Positions 15,012-24,603 of a DNA stretch of 64,000 nt are shown here, piece after piece. Position numbers and translations under genes: made by a program. This DNA comes from a virus. Position 1 is the first letter of the stretch; the number at the start of each line of letters is the position of its first letter. The notes below the pieces were generated by a model. That model made no database searches. It was not told the origin of the DNA and was given only the letters and a program-made list of their open reading frames with translations. Where the stretch lies: positions 1 through 64,000 of the IMG/VR virus record IMGVR_UViG_3300030107_007800; one strand, written 5' to 3'.

Positions 15012-16163
15012 ATGAATGATTTAAATTTGCCCACTTTAGATATTGAAGATCTGGATATGGAAGAGATCGAAGAATCTCAGAAAGACGAACTAATAGATGA
15101 TGCTGGCGGATCTTTGACATATGGAATTGTTGGGTCCGGTCAAGGTGGTGGACGTATGGCAAAAGCATTTTATGACCTTGGTTATACCAAAACTGTGGCA
15201 TTTAATTTAGCAGAATCTGATTTAAACTATTTGGATCTCCCAGATAGACATAAACACCATTTAAAATTTGAAGGATCTCAGGGTGCGGGTAAAAATCACG
15301 AGTTTTCTCAAAAAGCATTTGAAACTAGAAGTCAAGAAATCTTTAATAAATTTAAAGAAATTTTTGGTAACGATATTGATAGGATTATGATCTGTGTTGG
15401 TGTTGGTGGTGGAACTGGCGGTGGGAGTGTTATGCAACTCCTTAAGGTCGCAAAAAAATACTTTACATATATAGGTGTTGACAATCCGAATGAAAGAGTG
15501 GGTGTCGTAGCTTCGCTACCAACCACAGGGGAATGTGCATCACCAGTTGTTGCTAATAATTCTTATAATAGAATGAATGATCTTTGCAAAGCAGCAGAGA
15601 AAAAAGAATTTGCTCCATTGGTTATTGTTGATAATGATAAAATTAAGAAATTGTATCCTAAGCTTACTGTTAAGCAGTTTTGGCCAACATTAAACAATAC
15701 AGTTGCAGGATTATTTCACATATTCAATATTTTATCCAACAAAGATTCAAACTACACAGCGTTTGATTCCGCAGATTACAACAGTATCATGAAGACTTCG
15801 GGTTGTATGATTTTTGGAGCAACCACAGTTAAAAATGTAGAAAGCGAAACATCTTTATCCGCCGCGCTGAAAAACAACTTAGAAAAAACACTTCTTGCTG
15901 GAGGTTTTGATTTGACAACAGCCCAAGGTGCAGCGTCAGTAATTGTCGGTGGTTCAGTTTTGTATGAGACTGTTCCCGGTTTGATGGACAATATTGAATA
16001 TGGCTTCGATACCTTGGCTGCTTTAACGGGCGGAGCAATTATACACAGAGGCATCTATGAGGATCCAGAAAGAGACAAGCTTGTCGCTTATACAATCGTT
16101 GGCGGTCTCAAATCTCCGAAAAAAAGAATTGAAGAATTAAAAAAGTTCTTGAAACTTAAGTAA
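15012..16163 (+). CDS. tubulin/FtsZ-family GTPase
   Basis: GQGGGR, GAGKN, GGGTGGG signature, VDN, T7-loop-like FDSADY. Confidence 0.9.
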   Translation: MNDLNLPTLDIEDLDMEEIEESQKDELIDDAGGSLTYGIVGSGQGGGRMAKAFYDLGYTKTVAFNLAESDLNYLDLPDRHKHHLKFEGSQGAGKNHEFSQKAFETRSQEIFNKFKEIFGNDIDRIMICVGVGGGTGGGSVMQLLKVAKKYFTYIGVDNPNERVGVVASLPTTGECASPVVANNSYNRMNDLCKAAEKKEFAPLVIVDNDKIKKLYPKLTVKQFWPTLNNTVAGLFHIFNILSNKDSNYTAFDSADYNSIMKTSGCMIFGATTVKNVESETSLSAALKNNLEKTLLAGGFDLTTAQGAASVIVGGSVLYETVPGLMDNIEYGFDTLAALTGGAIIHRGIYEDPERDKLVAYTIVGGLKSPKKRIEELKKFLKLK

Positions 16164-16177
16164 AAATATTGTATGAT
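16149..16177 (+). promoter_or_regulatory. sigma70-type promoter, probably producing a leaderless transcript
   Basis: TTGAAA-17 nt-TATGAT, ATG 6 nt downstream. Confidence 0.5.
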
Positions 16178-16183
16178 GCTCAT

Positions 16184-16537
16184 ATGAAGTGTATTACAAG
16201 GACAATTTTTATTTCTATTCTATTTGCAACTTCTTTAGCGCAGGCACAAGATTATTCTCAAGTTAGGGAAAATTCTAATGTCTGGGTTAATGAATGTAAG
16301 TCTTGTCACCCATCCTACCAAGAATTAGCTGAAAAAACAGGTATTCAAACAGAGCAATACCTGTTTAATGCTGTTTTCTTTCACAAGAATAAAGATGGGA
16401 GAGAATTTGGCACTATTTTATCAAAGAAAGAAATTAATTTTGTTTCTAGGTTTATATTGATCGCTGCTTATTTGCATAAACTAGAAACTGATATGCGAAA
16501 GGCTGGAGATCATTTGATGAAAAATATTAGGCTTTAA
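16184..16537 (+). CDS. secreted monoheme c-type cytochrome-like protein
   Basis: Sec signal ending AQA; CKSCH heme-binding motif; class I-like FG..LS..EI..V..FI C-terminal helix. Confidence 0.7.
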   Translation: MKCITRTIFISILFATSLAQAQDYSQVRENSNVWVNECKSCHPSYQELAEKTGIQTEQYLFNAVFFHKNKDGREFGTILSKKEINFVSRFILIAAYLHKLETDMRKAGDHLMKNIRL

Positions 16538-16614
<77 letters not shown>

Positions 16615-16631
16615 TATATAAAGAGGTTTTG

Positions 16632-17264
16632 ATGGAAAAGTATTGGAATATGAAAGTAGATGATAATAGGGAAAGGACTGAGCCGGAGGGACCAATGATG
16701 ATGGCTGGAGCTTCGGATGATAGTAGGGTATCTGTTGAATATAATAAAATATACTTTTACTCCGGTGTCACTCGACAAGATAATCTCCAACTGAACAAGC
16801 ATATACATACCACCGGTCATAAGTTATCAAACGTACAGCAGGTATATGGATTAAGTTCTCCCCCTAAGTTGTATCTTCACATAAATTCATATGGTGGTTC
16901 GGTATTTGCAGGGTTTGGTTCTGTTGATTATATACGCAATTGTAAAGTTCCCGTAGTTTCAGTTATAGATGGGTGTGCCGCATCGGCAGCGACTATTATG
17001 AGTGTTGTTGCGGAGGAGAGGTTAATGCACGAGCATGCTTTTATGCTAATTCACCAGCTTTCATCTGGTATGTGGGGTAAGTTTGAGGAGATGAAAGACG
17101 ATATGAAGAATAATGAAATGTTGATGAAAAAAATCATTGGTATCTACGAGGAGCATACAAATATACCGAAAAGTAAAATCAAAGATATTCTTAAAAGAGA
17201 TCTTTGGTGGGATGCCAAGACTTGTTTGAAATATGGTCTTGTTGATGATATTATTACGCCATGA
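16632..17264 (+). CDS. clpP: ClpP-family protease proteolytic subunit
   Basis: INSYGGSV, CAASAA (Ser), MLIHQ (His), RDLWW (Asp), YGLVD. Confidence 0.85.
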   Translation: MEKYWNMKVDDNRERTEPEGPMMMAGASDDSRVSVEYNKIYFYSGVTRQDNLQLNKHIHTTGHKLSNVQQVYGLSSPPKLYLHINSYGGSVFAGFGSVDYIRNCKVPVVSVIDGCAASAATIMSVVAEERLMHEHAFMLIHQLSSGMWGKFEEMKDDMKNNEMLMKKIIGIYEEHTNIPKSKIKDILKRDLWWDAKTCLKYGLVDDIITP

Positions 17265-17719
17265 GTGAAAAAACAATCTTAGTAAGCGGCGCTTTCAACC
17301 CCCTCCATTTCGGTCATCTTTTATTACTCAGAGAAGCCAGTAAATATGGTAAAGTGATTGTAGCGCTAAATAGTGATGAATGGATCATTCATAATAAGGG
17401 ATATCTCTTGTTTGATTTTGAAGCCAGAAAAAGTTTACTAGAAGAGTGTGAATATGTGTCTAAAGTTGTCCCTTTTGATGACAGCGACGGCGATGCGGTT
17501 TATGCCCTGTTTGAGATTAGACCAACATACTTCGGTAATGGCGGGTCTGCCACCAGTCGCTCGTTACCAAAAGAAGAGATGCGAGTTTGTGAATATCTTG
17601 GTATTGAGCCTATTTTTAATCTAGGAGATAATATAAAGATTATCGATAATGATGTATTAGCGTCTGCTCAAAAATCTATAATTAATTACGCAAACAAAGA
17701 ATTAGATAAGATTGTTTAA
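17261..17719 (+). CDS. HxGH cytidylyltransferase (TagD/RfaE-like)
   Basis: SGAFNPLHFGH, ALNSD motifs. Confidence 0.8.
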   Translation: MSEKTILVSGAFNPLHFGHLLLLREASKYGKVIVALNSDEWIIHNKGYLLFDFEARKSLLEECEYVSKVVPFDDSDGDAVYALFEIRPTYFGNGGSATSRSLPKEEMRVCEYLGIEPIFNLGDNIKIIDNDVLASAQKSIINYANKELDKIV

Positions 17720-17722
17720 AAT

Positions 17723-17805
17723 GTCGGGGTGGTGGAATAGGTAGACACGACAGACTTAAAATCTGTTGCTCTTTGAGCGTGGGGGTTCAAGTCCCCCTCC
17801 CGATA
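17723..17805 (+). tRNA. tRNA-Leu(UAA), no encoded CCA
   Basis: ACAGA-CTTAAAA-TCTGT anticodon arm, long variable arm, GTTCAAGTC. Confidence 0.92.
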
Positions 17806-18633
17806 CTAAATCCTATCTAAACCTAAAAACTTCCAAAAAGGCTCAATATCTCTTTTAGAACGCATTTCCCTTTCTAGGTATGCTAGTTCTTTTTTGTGAG
17901 CTTCTATGTTTGATTCAAGGAATTTTTTTAATTCTTTTTGTGTTGGAGATACGGACACCATAGGAAATGCAACATTAACAGAATGAATCATCCCCACTAA
18001 GTGACCTCTGATGTTAAATATCGGAGAACCAGAACTTCCTCCCATGGCGGGGATTGAATAGTAAGCTCTCAGACCATCCTTTCCCATATAAAAACCTTCT
18101 AGCAACGGAACGACATCTTCATAAAATATGCCAACAGGAGCAGCAACATTGTAGACTCTTTCACCTTCAAATACAGGTGAATCAGCTATTTTTGCAGGAC
18201 CTTTCTCATTCCAGTAATTTCTAGAAAAAAGTAAACATAAATCACTATTGTTATCAATAGACACTATCTGTGCTTTATATTTTGATTGAGACAAATTTAC
18301 TATTGACATATGTACTTCAATGCCATTTACCATTTTTAGCATTTCTGGTGTTCGAACAATATTTTCAATTTCTAATTCACAAACATGCCCAGCAGTTAAA
18401 ATGTAAGATCCTTTGGTGCTTTCTGCAACTATTGCACCAGATCCGCTAGATCTTAGAGGGTTTGTAACACATCCTTCTTCCGCACATATGCTAACATAGG
18501 CTTGTTGAATTATTCTTACAAATTGATCCCTAGAGTCTTCTGGGATATGAAATCCGAAGTTAGTAGAAACACAGGATGGCAGAAAAATAGTTAATGATAT
18601 TAAAAAGGTTAATAGTGTAAGTTTCTTTCGCAT
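17806..18633 (-). CDS. trypsin-like serine protease lipoprotein
   Basis: Signal + LPSC lipobox; LTAGHVC, DLCL, GGSSGSP catalytic triad motifs. Confidence 0.85.
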   Translation of the reverse strand: MRKKLTLLTFLISLTIFLPSCVSTNFGFHIPEDSRDQFVRIIQQAYVSICAEEGCVTNPLRSSGSGAIVAESTKGSYILTAGHVCELEIENIVRTPEMLKMVNGIEVHMSIVNLSQSKYKAQIVSIDNNSDLCLLFSRNYWNEKGPAKIADSPVFEGERVYNVAAPVGIFYEDVVPLLEGFYMGKDGLRAYYSIPAMGGSSGSPIFNIRGHLVGMIHSVNVAFPMVSVSPTQKELKKFLESNIEAHKKELAYLEREMRSKRDIEPFWKFLGLDRI

Positions 18634-18703
18634 ATCTTAACTAGTTTGAAAAAAGTTTAAACTTTAATATTTTCTGGTAGTATTTATAATACGAGGTATA
18701 CCT

Positions 18704-20011
18704 GTGAAAAAAACATTTGTCCTAGACACCTGCGTTTTCCTATCCGATCCTAACTGCTTGAAACAGTTTGAAGAAAACGACATCATCATTCCACTTAAAG
18801 TTTTAGATGAAATAGATAAAAACAAAGCCAGACAAGACGGCGCAGGCTTTAATGCTCGCTATGTGATTCGTATCTTAGATGTATACAGAACAAAGGGTAG
18901 TCTTTTCAAGGGCGTTTCGCTAGGAGAAGGTAAAGGAAAACTTTTTGTACAACACTACGAAACGGATGGCTTGCCCCACGATTTTGACCTAAGTGTCCCA
19001 GATAATCAAATCATAGCCACCGCTCTCACCGAAAAAGCAAAATATAAAAGAAAAAAAGTTATTGTTGTCTCGCAGGATATTAATATGCGCGTCAAGTGTG
19101 ACTCGCTTGGGCTATTGTGCGAAGACTATGTAGCCCACGACACAGTTGAAAACAAGGACGAAGTATTTACAGGTCTGTCCAAATATCTTGTCGATGAGCA
19201 AGTTGTTGATTCATTTTATGCTGGTGAAGACATTTTTGCTGACAAAGAAGAAATAAAACTCCAGCCAAACCAATATGTGATGCTAGTGTCCAACTCAAAC
19301 GATAAGAAAACTGCTTTGGCTAGATTTTATAGTTACAGCGATCCACTTGTAAAAATGTATAAGATGGAAAATATTTGGGGCATTGATGCCAGAAACAAGG
19401 AACAATCTTTCGCCCTTGAACTTTTAATGGATCCAGATGTAGAGGTTGTATCTCTTATTGGTCAGGCTGGTTCTGGTAAAACTCTATTAGCCGTAGCAGC
19501 AGGATTAGAGCAGGTATTAGGCGACGATAATGAGTATAAAAAACTTATTGTATCCAGACCCATCCAACCACTTGGTAAGGACATCGGCTTCTTGCCCGGA
19601 ACGCTTGAGGAAAAAATGGATCCTTGGCTGATGCCCATCAAAGATAATCTAGAGTTTTTACTAGGAAATGATAGAGATACAGTTAAGATGTACTTCGAGA
19701 AGGGTGTGATCGAGATAGAAGCCATCACATACATTCGAGGGCGTTCTATCACAAATGCCTTCATTATTATTGACGAAGCACAAAACCTCACAAGACACGA
19801 ATTAAAAACAATCCTTACCCGCGTTGGCGAGGGAACAAAAATTATTCTTACTGGCGATATCGAACAAATCGACAATATCTACATTGACGAGACTTCAAAC
19901 GGATTAACCTATGCTGTTGAGAAGTTTAAAGAACATGAAATATCAGGTCATATTACCCTCCAAAAAGGCGAACGGTCGAAGGTGGCTACTCTAGCAGCAA
20001 AGATTCTATAA
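18704..20011 (+). CDS. phoH: PIN-domain PhoH-family ATPase
   Basis: N-terminal VLDT..F PIN domain; GQAGSGKT; IGFLPG; RGRS; IIDEAQN; GD..Q.D. Confidence 0.92.
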   Translation: MKKTFVLDTCVFLSDPNCLKQFEENDIIIPLKVLDEIDKNKARQDGAGFNARYVIRILDVYRTKGSLFKGVSLGEGKGKLFVQHYETDGLPHDFDLSVPDNQIIATALTEKAKYKRKKVIVVSQDINMRVKCDSLGLLCEDYVAHDTVENKDEVFTGLSKYLVDEQVVDSFYAGEDIFADKEEIKLQPNQYVMLVSNSNDKKTALARFYSYSDPLVKMYKMENIWGIDARNKEQSFALELLMDPDVEVVSLIGQAGSGKTLLAVAAGLEQVLGDDNEYKKLIVSRPIQPLGKDIGFLPGTLEEKMDPWLMPIKDNLEFLLGNDRDTVKMYFEKGVIEIEAITYIRGRSITNAFIIIDEAQNLTRHELKTILTRVGEGTKIILTGDIEQIDNIYIDETSNGLTYAVEKFKEHEISGHITLQKGERSKVATLAAKIL

Positions 20012-20018
20012 TTTTTTC

Positions 20019-20047
20019 TTGACAAAACTTTAATAATATTTTATATT
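20019..20047 (+). promoter_or_regulatory. sigma70-type promoter for the tRNA pair
   Basis: TTGACA-17 nt-TATATT. Confidence 0.7.
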
Positions 20048-20061
20048 TGTGCTATAGTTAG

Positions 20062-20135
20062 TGGCGATGGCTGGCTGGTAGTCAGGGGGTGTCTTATAAG
20101 CATCCTAGAGATGGGTTCAATTCCCATATCGCCAA
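20062..20135 (+). tRNA. tRNA-Ile(UAU), atypical, no encoded CCA
   Basis: TGGCGAT/ATCGCCA acceptor; GGTGT-CTTATAA-GCATC anticodon arm; ATGGG-TTCAATT-CCCAT T arm; G at position 8. Confidence 0.75.
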
Positions 20136-20139
20136 CTGC

Positions 20140-20216
20140 GGGCCTGTAGTTCAGTTGGTTAGAGCAGTCGCCTCATAAGCGATTAGTCCTCGGTTCGAGT
20201 CCGAGCGGGCCCACCA
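20140..20216 (+). tRNA. tRNA with CAU anticodon, Ile2 (lysidine) type
   Basis: GGGCCTG acceptor with paired G1-C72, GTCGC-CTCATAA-GCGAT, A discriminator; lacks initiator features. Confidence 0.85.
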
Positions 20217-20231
20217 AATAAGGAGATAATA

Positions 20232-20540
20232 ATGAATGAAATAAAGTTTGATGACATTGACCTTGAAAAATATGATGAGGTTTCTCAAAAAACAGTAGAA
20301 AAAGAAAATGAATTAAAAACTTTTTTAATTGAGTATGTTGGAGAAAAAAATAATCCTGACAACGGAGAAGTGACTGTAGAAATGATAGTTAATACAATGT
20401 CTCAAGAATTCCCAGAATTTGTTTTAACAGTCGCTGAAGAGAATTGGATTAGAGGCTACCAACAAGCTATGGTTGATATGGAAGTGGGCGAAAGACTCGT
20501 CAAAGAAGAGATTGACAACAAAGACGATGAGCAACCTTAA
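20232..20540 (+). CDS. hypothetical acidic protein
   Basis: AGGAG SD, clean ORF. Confidence 0.7.
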   Translation: MNEIKFDDIDLEKYDEVSQKTVEKENELKTFLIEYVGEKNNPDNGEVTVEMIVNTMSQEFPEFVLTVAEENWIRGYQQAMVDMEVGERLVKEEIDNKDDEQP

Positions 20541-21228
20541 AAAATATATTAATGAATCTGCGACAAGGAGCAGGGCTAAATCAAAAGAGCAGTTTTTATA
20601 TGGCTCTATACCGATATATATAAAGAATGATCTATTTTTTTTAGATAATAGTAGCGACATTGGTCAAGTCATAAATATCGTTGAAAAGAGTGTTCCATCG
20701 CATTTGGTGACTAGTATTGATGTTGTTTATGTTGGGGACTTCCAAGAATTTGAAAACAAAAGATTTAATGCCGCATATGAAGATGGTGCAATTTATGTTA
20801 TAAATGTTCAAGACAATGCAAAAGACATGGCGGACGATATTGTTCACGAAATAGCCCACTCTCTAGAAGAAAAATATACAGATCACATATATGGTGACGG
20901 ACAATTACAAAATGAGTTTTTAGGGAAAAGAGAGAGGCTGTATCAAATTTTAAAAGCCAATAATGAGAATTCTCAAGAACACAAGAATCTGTTTTACGAC
21001 TTAGATTATGACGCTAAATTTGATGACTATCTTGTCAATCAAGTTGGATATAAAAAATTAAGAAACTATATCAACGGTCTGTTTTATTCCCCATATGCAG
21101 CAACATCAGTTAGGGAATACTTTGCAAGAGGGTTTGAAGCCTACTTTCTATTTAAAGATCAAAAATATCTTGCAAATATTAGCCCCATACTGTATAATAA
21201 GATTGAAACCTTAGCGGATATGGAGTAA
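20527..21228 (+). CDS. HExxH zinc metallopeptidase (lethal-factor/MPTase-like)
   Basis: VHEIAH...YAATSVREYFA; start moved to MSNLKKYINE. Confidence 0.7.
   Translation: MSNLKKYINESATRSRAKSKEQFLYGSIPIYIKNDLFFLDNSSDIGQVINIVEKSVPSHLVTSIDVVYVGDFQEFENKRFNAAYEDGAIYVINVQDNAKDMADDIVHEIAHSLEEKYTDHIYGDGQLQNEFLGKRERLYQILKANNENSQEHKNLFYDLDYDAKFDDYLVNQVGYKKLRNYINGLFYSPYAATSVREYFARGFEAYFLFKDQKYLANISPILYNKIETLADME
21170..21198 (+). promoter_or_regulatory. sigma70-type promoter upstream of the nuclease/glycan operon
   Basis: TTGCAA-17 nt-TATAAT. Confidence 0.6.
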
Positions 21229-21230
21229 AA

Positions 21231-22004
21231 ATGGCTCACATTAGCTTTTCTGAGGCAAAAAACTGGAATTTTTGCCCTTTTTATCATAAATTAATGAACA
21301 TTGACAAAGTAAAGGGCTTCGAAGGCAATGCTTTTACTGCCTTTGGTAACGCTATTCACGACACTTGCGAGAAGATGATGACCGAGGATTTAGACGACAA
21401 AAGGTCGTTTTTTAGCCTAAAATTCAAGGAAATCCTCGAAAATCTACCCGAAAGCGCCAATAAAGATCCTAAATTGGTTAATTCTATGAAAAATCAGGGT
21501 CCTTTGATACTAGATGAGGTTCTTCCCTCTATGAGAGAGCACTTTGGAGAGTATGAAGTCCTCGCCGCCGAGGAGGACTTGATGGAAATGATTGAAGACT
21601 TCCCTTGCAAGGAGAAAAATAAGTTCAAAGGCTTTATTGATTTAGTTATTAAGACCCCTGACGGCAAAACACACATCATCGATTGGAAAACTTGTTCTTG
21701 GGGATGGGATGCTCGTAAGAAATCGGATCCAATGATGACATATCAGCTTACTTTCTACAAGCATTACTGGGCAAAAAAGCACAACGTTGATCCAAAAATG
21801 ATAGAAACTCACTTTGCACTACTTAAAAGAACTGCGAAAAGTGATAGAGTGGAAATCTTCCGCGTAACGAGTGGCAAAATAAAAACTCAAAATGCACTTA
21901 AATTTCTTGAAAAAGCGATTTATAATATTGAAAAGAAGAATTACATTAAAAACAGACTTGCTTGCAGTAAGTGTGAATTTCACAAAACGGAACATTGTCC
22001 ATGA
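21231..22004 (+). CDS. PD-(D/E)XK Cas4/RecB-like exonuclease with Fe-S cysteines
   Basis: CP; G..IH; GFID; IIDWKT; QL.FY; C..C.......C. Confidence 0.85.
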   Translation: MAHISFSEAKNWNFCPFYHKLMNIDKVKGFEGNAFTAFGNAIHDTCEKMMTEDLDDKRSFFSLKFKEILENLPESANKDPKLVNSMKNQGPLILDEVLPSMREHFGEYEVLAAEEDLMEMIEDFPCKEKNKFKGFIDLVIKTPDGKTHIIDWKTCSWGWDARKKSDPMMTYQLTFYKHYWAKKHNVDPKMIETHFALLKRTAKSDRVEIFRVTSGKIKTQNALKFLEKAIYNIEKKNYIKNRLACSKCEFHKTEHCP

Positions 22005-23269
22005 TAGATAGAAAAATAAAAGTATTAACGATCAGCGATCACCCGCTCTCTCCATCTGGAGTTGGAACACAAACCAAAAACGTTATTGAAGCACTTCTTC
22101 AAAGCGGAATGTTTGAGGTTTTTTCACTAGCAGGGGCGATCAAGCATAATGATTATCAAGCGCAAACAGTAGAGCCATATGGGCAAAGCTGGATAATACA
22201 GCCTGTTGATGGTTATGGTGATCAAGATGCAATTAGATCTTTGGTGAGAACTGTAAAGCCAGATATTGTTTGGTTTATGACAGATCCGCGTTTTTGGGAA
22301 TGGCTATGGGCGATGGATAATGAAATTAGACCACTAGCTCCTATGGTTTATTATCATGTTTGGGACAATTATCCCTATCCAAAATATAATAAGAAATTTT
22401 ATGACTCTAATGACCATATAGCTTGTATTTCAAAGGTCACGCACGATATAGTTAAAAACGTATCACCAGAGGTTGATAGTACTTACATACCTCACGCCGT
22501 GGACCCTGATATTTTCAAGCCACTGGATCCGGAAAATAGAGAAAAACTAAGAGAAGAATATTTTGGTTCAGATACGAAATTTGTAGTTATGTGGAATAAT
22601 AGAAATGCTAAGAGAAAACAGACAGGATCTCTAATTCATTGGTATTCAAAATTTTTAGAAACTCTAGATGAAGAAAAAGCTAAGGAATGTAAACTAGTTT
22701 TACATACGGATCCAAAAGACCCATATGGTCAAGACGTAGATATGATTTTAAACCACTTTGGCTTAAACAAGGGACAAATTTTAATATCCAAACAAAAAGT
22801 AGCATCAGAAAATCTAGCATCAATGTATGGAATGGCAGATGTTACTGTAAACATATCAGATGCAGAAGGTTTTGGCTTGGCAACGCTGGAGTCTTTGTCA
22901 TGTGGCACTCCAATCATCGCCACTATGACAGGGGGACTTCAGGAGCAGGTGACCGATGGCGAGAATTGGTTTGGGGTTGGCATTGAGCCAAGTTCTAAGT
23001 CTCTTATAGGATCTCAACAAGTACCATACATATATGAGGATAGGATATCTGAAAAAGACTTTGTTGATGCAATTTCAAAAATTTATAATATGTCCGAAGA
23101 AGATCGAAAAGAATTGGGAAGCTTAGGAAGAGAGCATACAATAAAGAATTATAATTTTGCTAATTTTCGTAAATCTTGGATAGAATTATTGGCAAGAGTC
23201 TACGAAGAAAACGGATCTTGGGAACAAAGAAAAAATTATAAAGCTTGGAGCGTAACGGAGATTATATGA
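22001..23269 (+). CDS. GT4 family glycosyltransferase
   Basis: SGVG..T; NNRN..RK; EGFGL..LES..CG.P. Confidence 0.88.
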   Translation: MIDRKIKVLTISDHPLSPSGVGTQTKNVIEALLQSGMFEVFSLAGAIKHNDYQAQTVEPYGQSWIIQPVDGYGDQDAIRSLVRTVKPDIVWFMTDPRFWEWLWAMDNEIRPLAPMVYYHVWDNYPYPKYNKKFYDSNDHIACISKVTHDIVKNVSPEVDSTYIPHAVDPDIFKPLDPENREKLREEYFGSDTKFVVMWNNRNAKRKQTGSLIHWYSKFLETLDEEKAKECKLVLHTDPKDPYGQDVDMILNHFGLNKGQILISKQKVASENLASMYGMADVTVNISDAEGFGLATLESLSCGTPIIATMTGGLQEQVTDGENWFGVGIEPSSKSLIGSQQVPYIYEDRISEKDFVDAISKIYNMSEEDRKELGSLGREHTIKNYNFANFRKSWIELLARVYEENGSWEQRKNYKAWSVTEII

Positions 23270-24603
23270 GAAAGAAAGTAATTGTAAGAGGACCAGTTTT
23301 AAGTAGATCCGGATATGGAGAGCAAGCCAGATTTGCGGTCAGGTCTCTTAGGGCGCACGAGGATAAATACGATATATATCTGAATCCAACCAGATGGGGT
23401 TCTTTAAGTTGGACTTGGGAGGACACCGAAGAAAGAAGGTGGATGGACGAGATGATAGCAAAAACAATGTCGTATGAAGAGCAGTGCGCTCAGGCAGGCA
23501 TAACATCTGGTGCACATAAATATGACATATCTTTGCAAGTAACAATACCAAATGAGTGGGATAATGTTACAGCGGCATATAATGTGGGATACACAGCGGG
23601 GATAGAGGTGGATCGAGTTTCTGCTGTGTGGATCCAACAAGCACTAAAGATGGACAAAATTGTTGTTGTGTCTGATCATTCAAAAGATATTTTTTACGAT
23701 ACAAAATATACAGAACGTGATACTGAAGGTAACTATGTTAGAGACCTTGCAATTAATGCAGAGGATCCGAGACATCCGGAGGTTGTGACTGTTAATTACC
23801 CTGTAAAAGAAACTGGTTTTGATAAATTTGAACACAAATTTGATACTAAATTTAATTTCTTAACAGTGGCACAATGGGGTCCAAGAAAAAATCTGGAATC
23901 AACAATAGGTTGGTTTGTAGAGCAATTCAAAGACGATGAAGATGTTGGTTTAATTGTGAAGACAGCCATTGGAAACACATCCACAATAGACAAGTTGTAT
24001 ACAACTGAAAGACTACAGAATTTGATGAATTCTCCTCGTTTAAAAGACAGGAAGTGTAAGATTTATTTAATTCACGGCGATATGACTGAAGAAGAAATGA
24101 ACGGCTTGTATCGACATAATAGTGTGAAAGCTTTTATAAATTTGGCTCACGGAGAAGGATTTGGTTTGCCAATGTTTGAAGCTGCATACCATAAATTGCC
24201 TGTAATTGCAATGGGTTGGAGCGGTCAGGTGGATTTTCTTTATGGTCCAGATAAATCTAGGAGCAAATCAAAGAAATCCAAAAAAACCACCGTCCCTTAT
24301 TTTGCAAAGGTTAGCCACAAACTTGGAGAAGTTAGGGAAGATTCTTTGTGGGAGGGAGTTATTGATAAGGGTTCTTTATGGGCATATCCCGTGGAGAAAA
24401 GCTATAAATCTGTTCTTAAAGATATGAAAGATAATTACAAGGATCACAAAAAGGTTGCTGTTGATTTGGACAAATATATACGCTCAAAATTTACAAAGGA
24501 AAGACAATATAAACTCTTTGCAGACGCAGTTTACGGTGACCAGCCTGAAGAATTTGACGTTGAAGATTGGCTTGGATCTTTAGGCGAGGAGGTATTTGAG
24601 TAG
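23266..24603 (+). CDS. GT4 family glycosyltransferase
   Basis: SGYG; RKN; GEGFGLPMFEA. Confidence 0.88.
   Translation: MRKKVIVRGPVLSRSGYGEQARFAVRSLRAHEDKYDIYLNPTRWGSLSWTWEDTEERRWMDEMIAKTMSYEEQCAQAGITSGAHKYDISLQVTIPNEWDNVTAAYNVGYTAGIEVDRVSAVWIQQALKMDKIVVVSDHSKDIFYDTKYTERDTEGNYVRDLAINAEDPRHPEVVTVNYPVKETGFDKFEHKFDTKFNFLTVAQWGPRKNLESTIGWFVEQFKDDEDVGLIVKTAIGNTSTIDKLYTTERLQNLMNSPRLKDRKCKIYLIHGDMTEEEMNGLYRHNSVKAFINLAHGEGFGLPMFEAAYHKLPVIAMGWSGQVDFLYGPDKSRSKSKKSKKTTVPYFAKVSHKLGEVREDSLWEGVIDKGSLWAYPVEKSYKSVLKDMKDNYKDHKKVAVDLDKYIRSKFTKERQYKLFADAVYGDQPEEFDVEDWLGSLGEEVFE

Noticed and set aside
15012-16163. Evidence for a cellular genome (ftsZ) or a nucleus-forming phage
   Set aside because: No dcw cluster genes, surrounded by phage genes, and no chimallin recognisable in this window
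21231-22004. CRISPR-Cas system from the Cas4-like nuclease
   Set aside because: No other cas genes and no repeat-spacer array seen; standalone Cas4-like nucleases are common in phages
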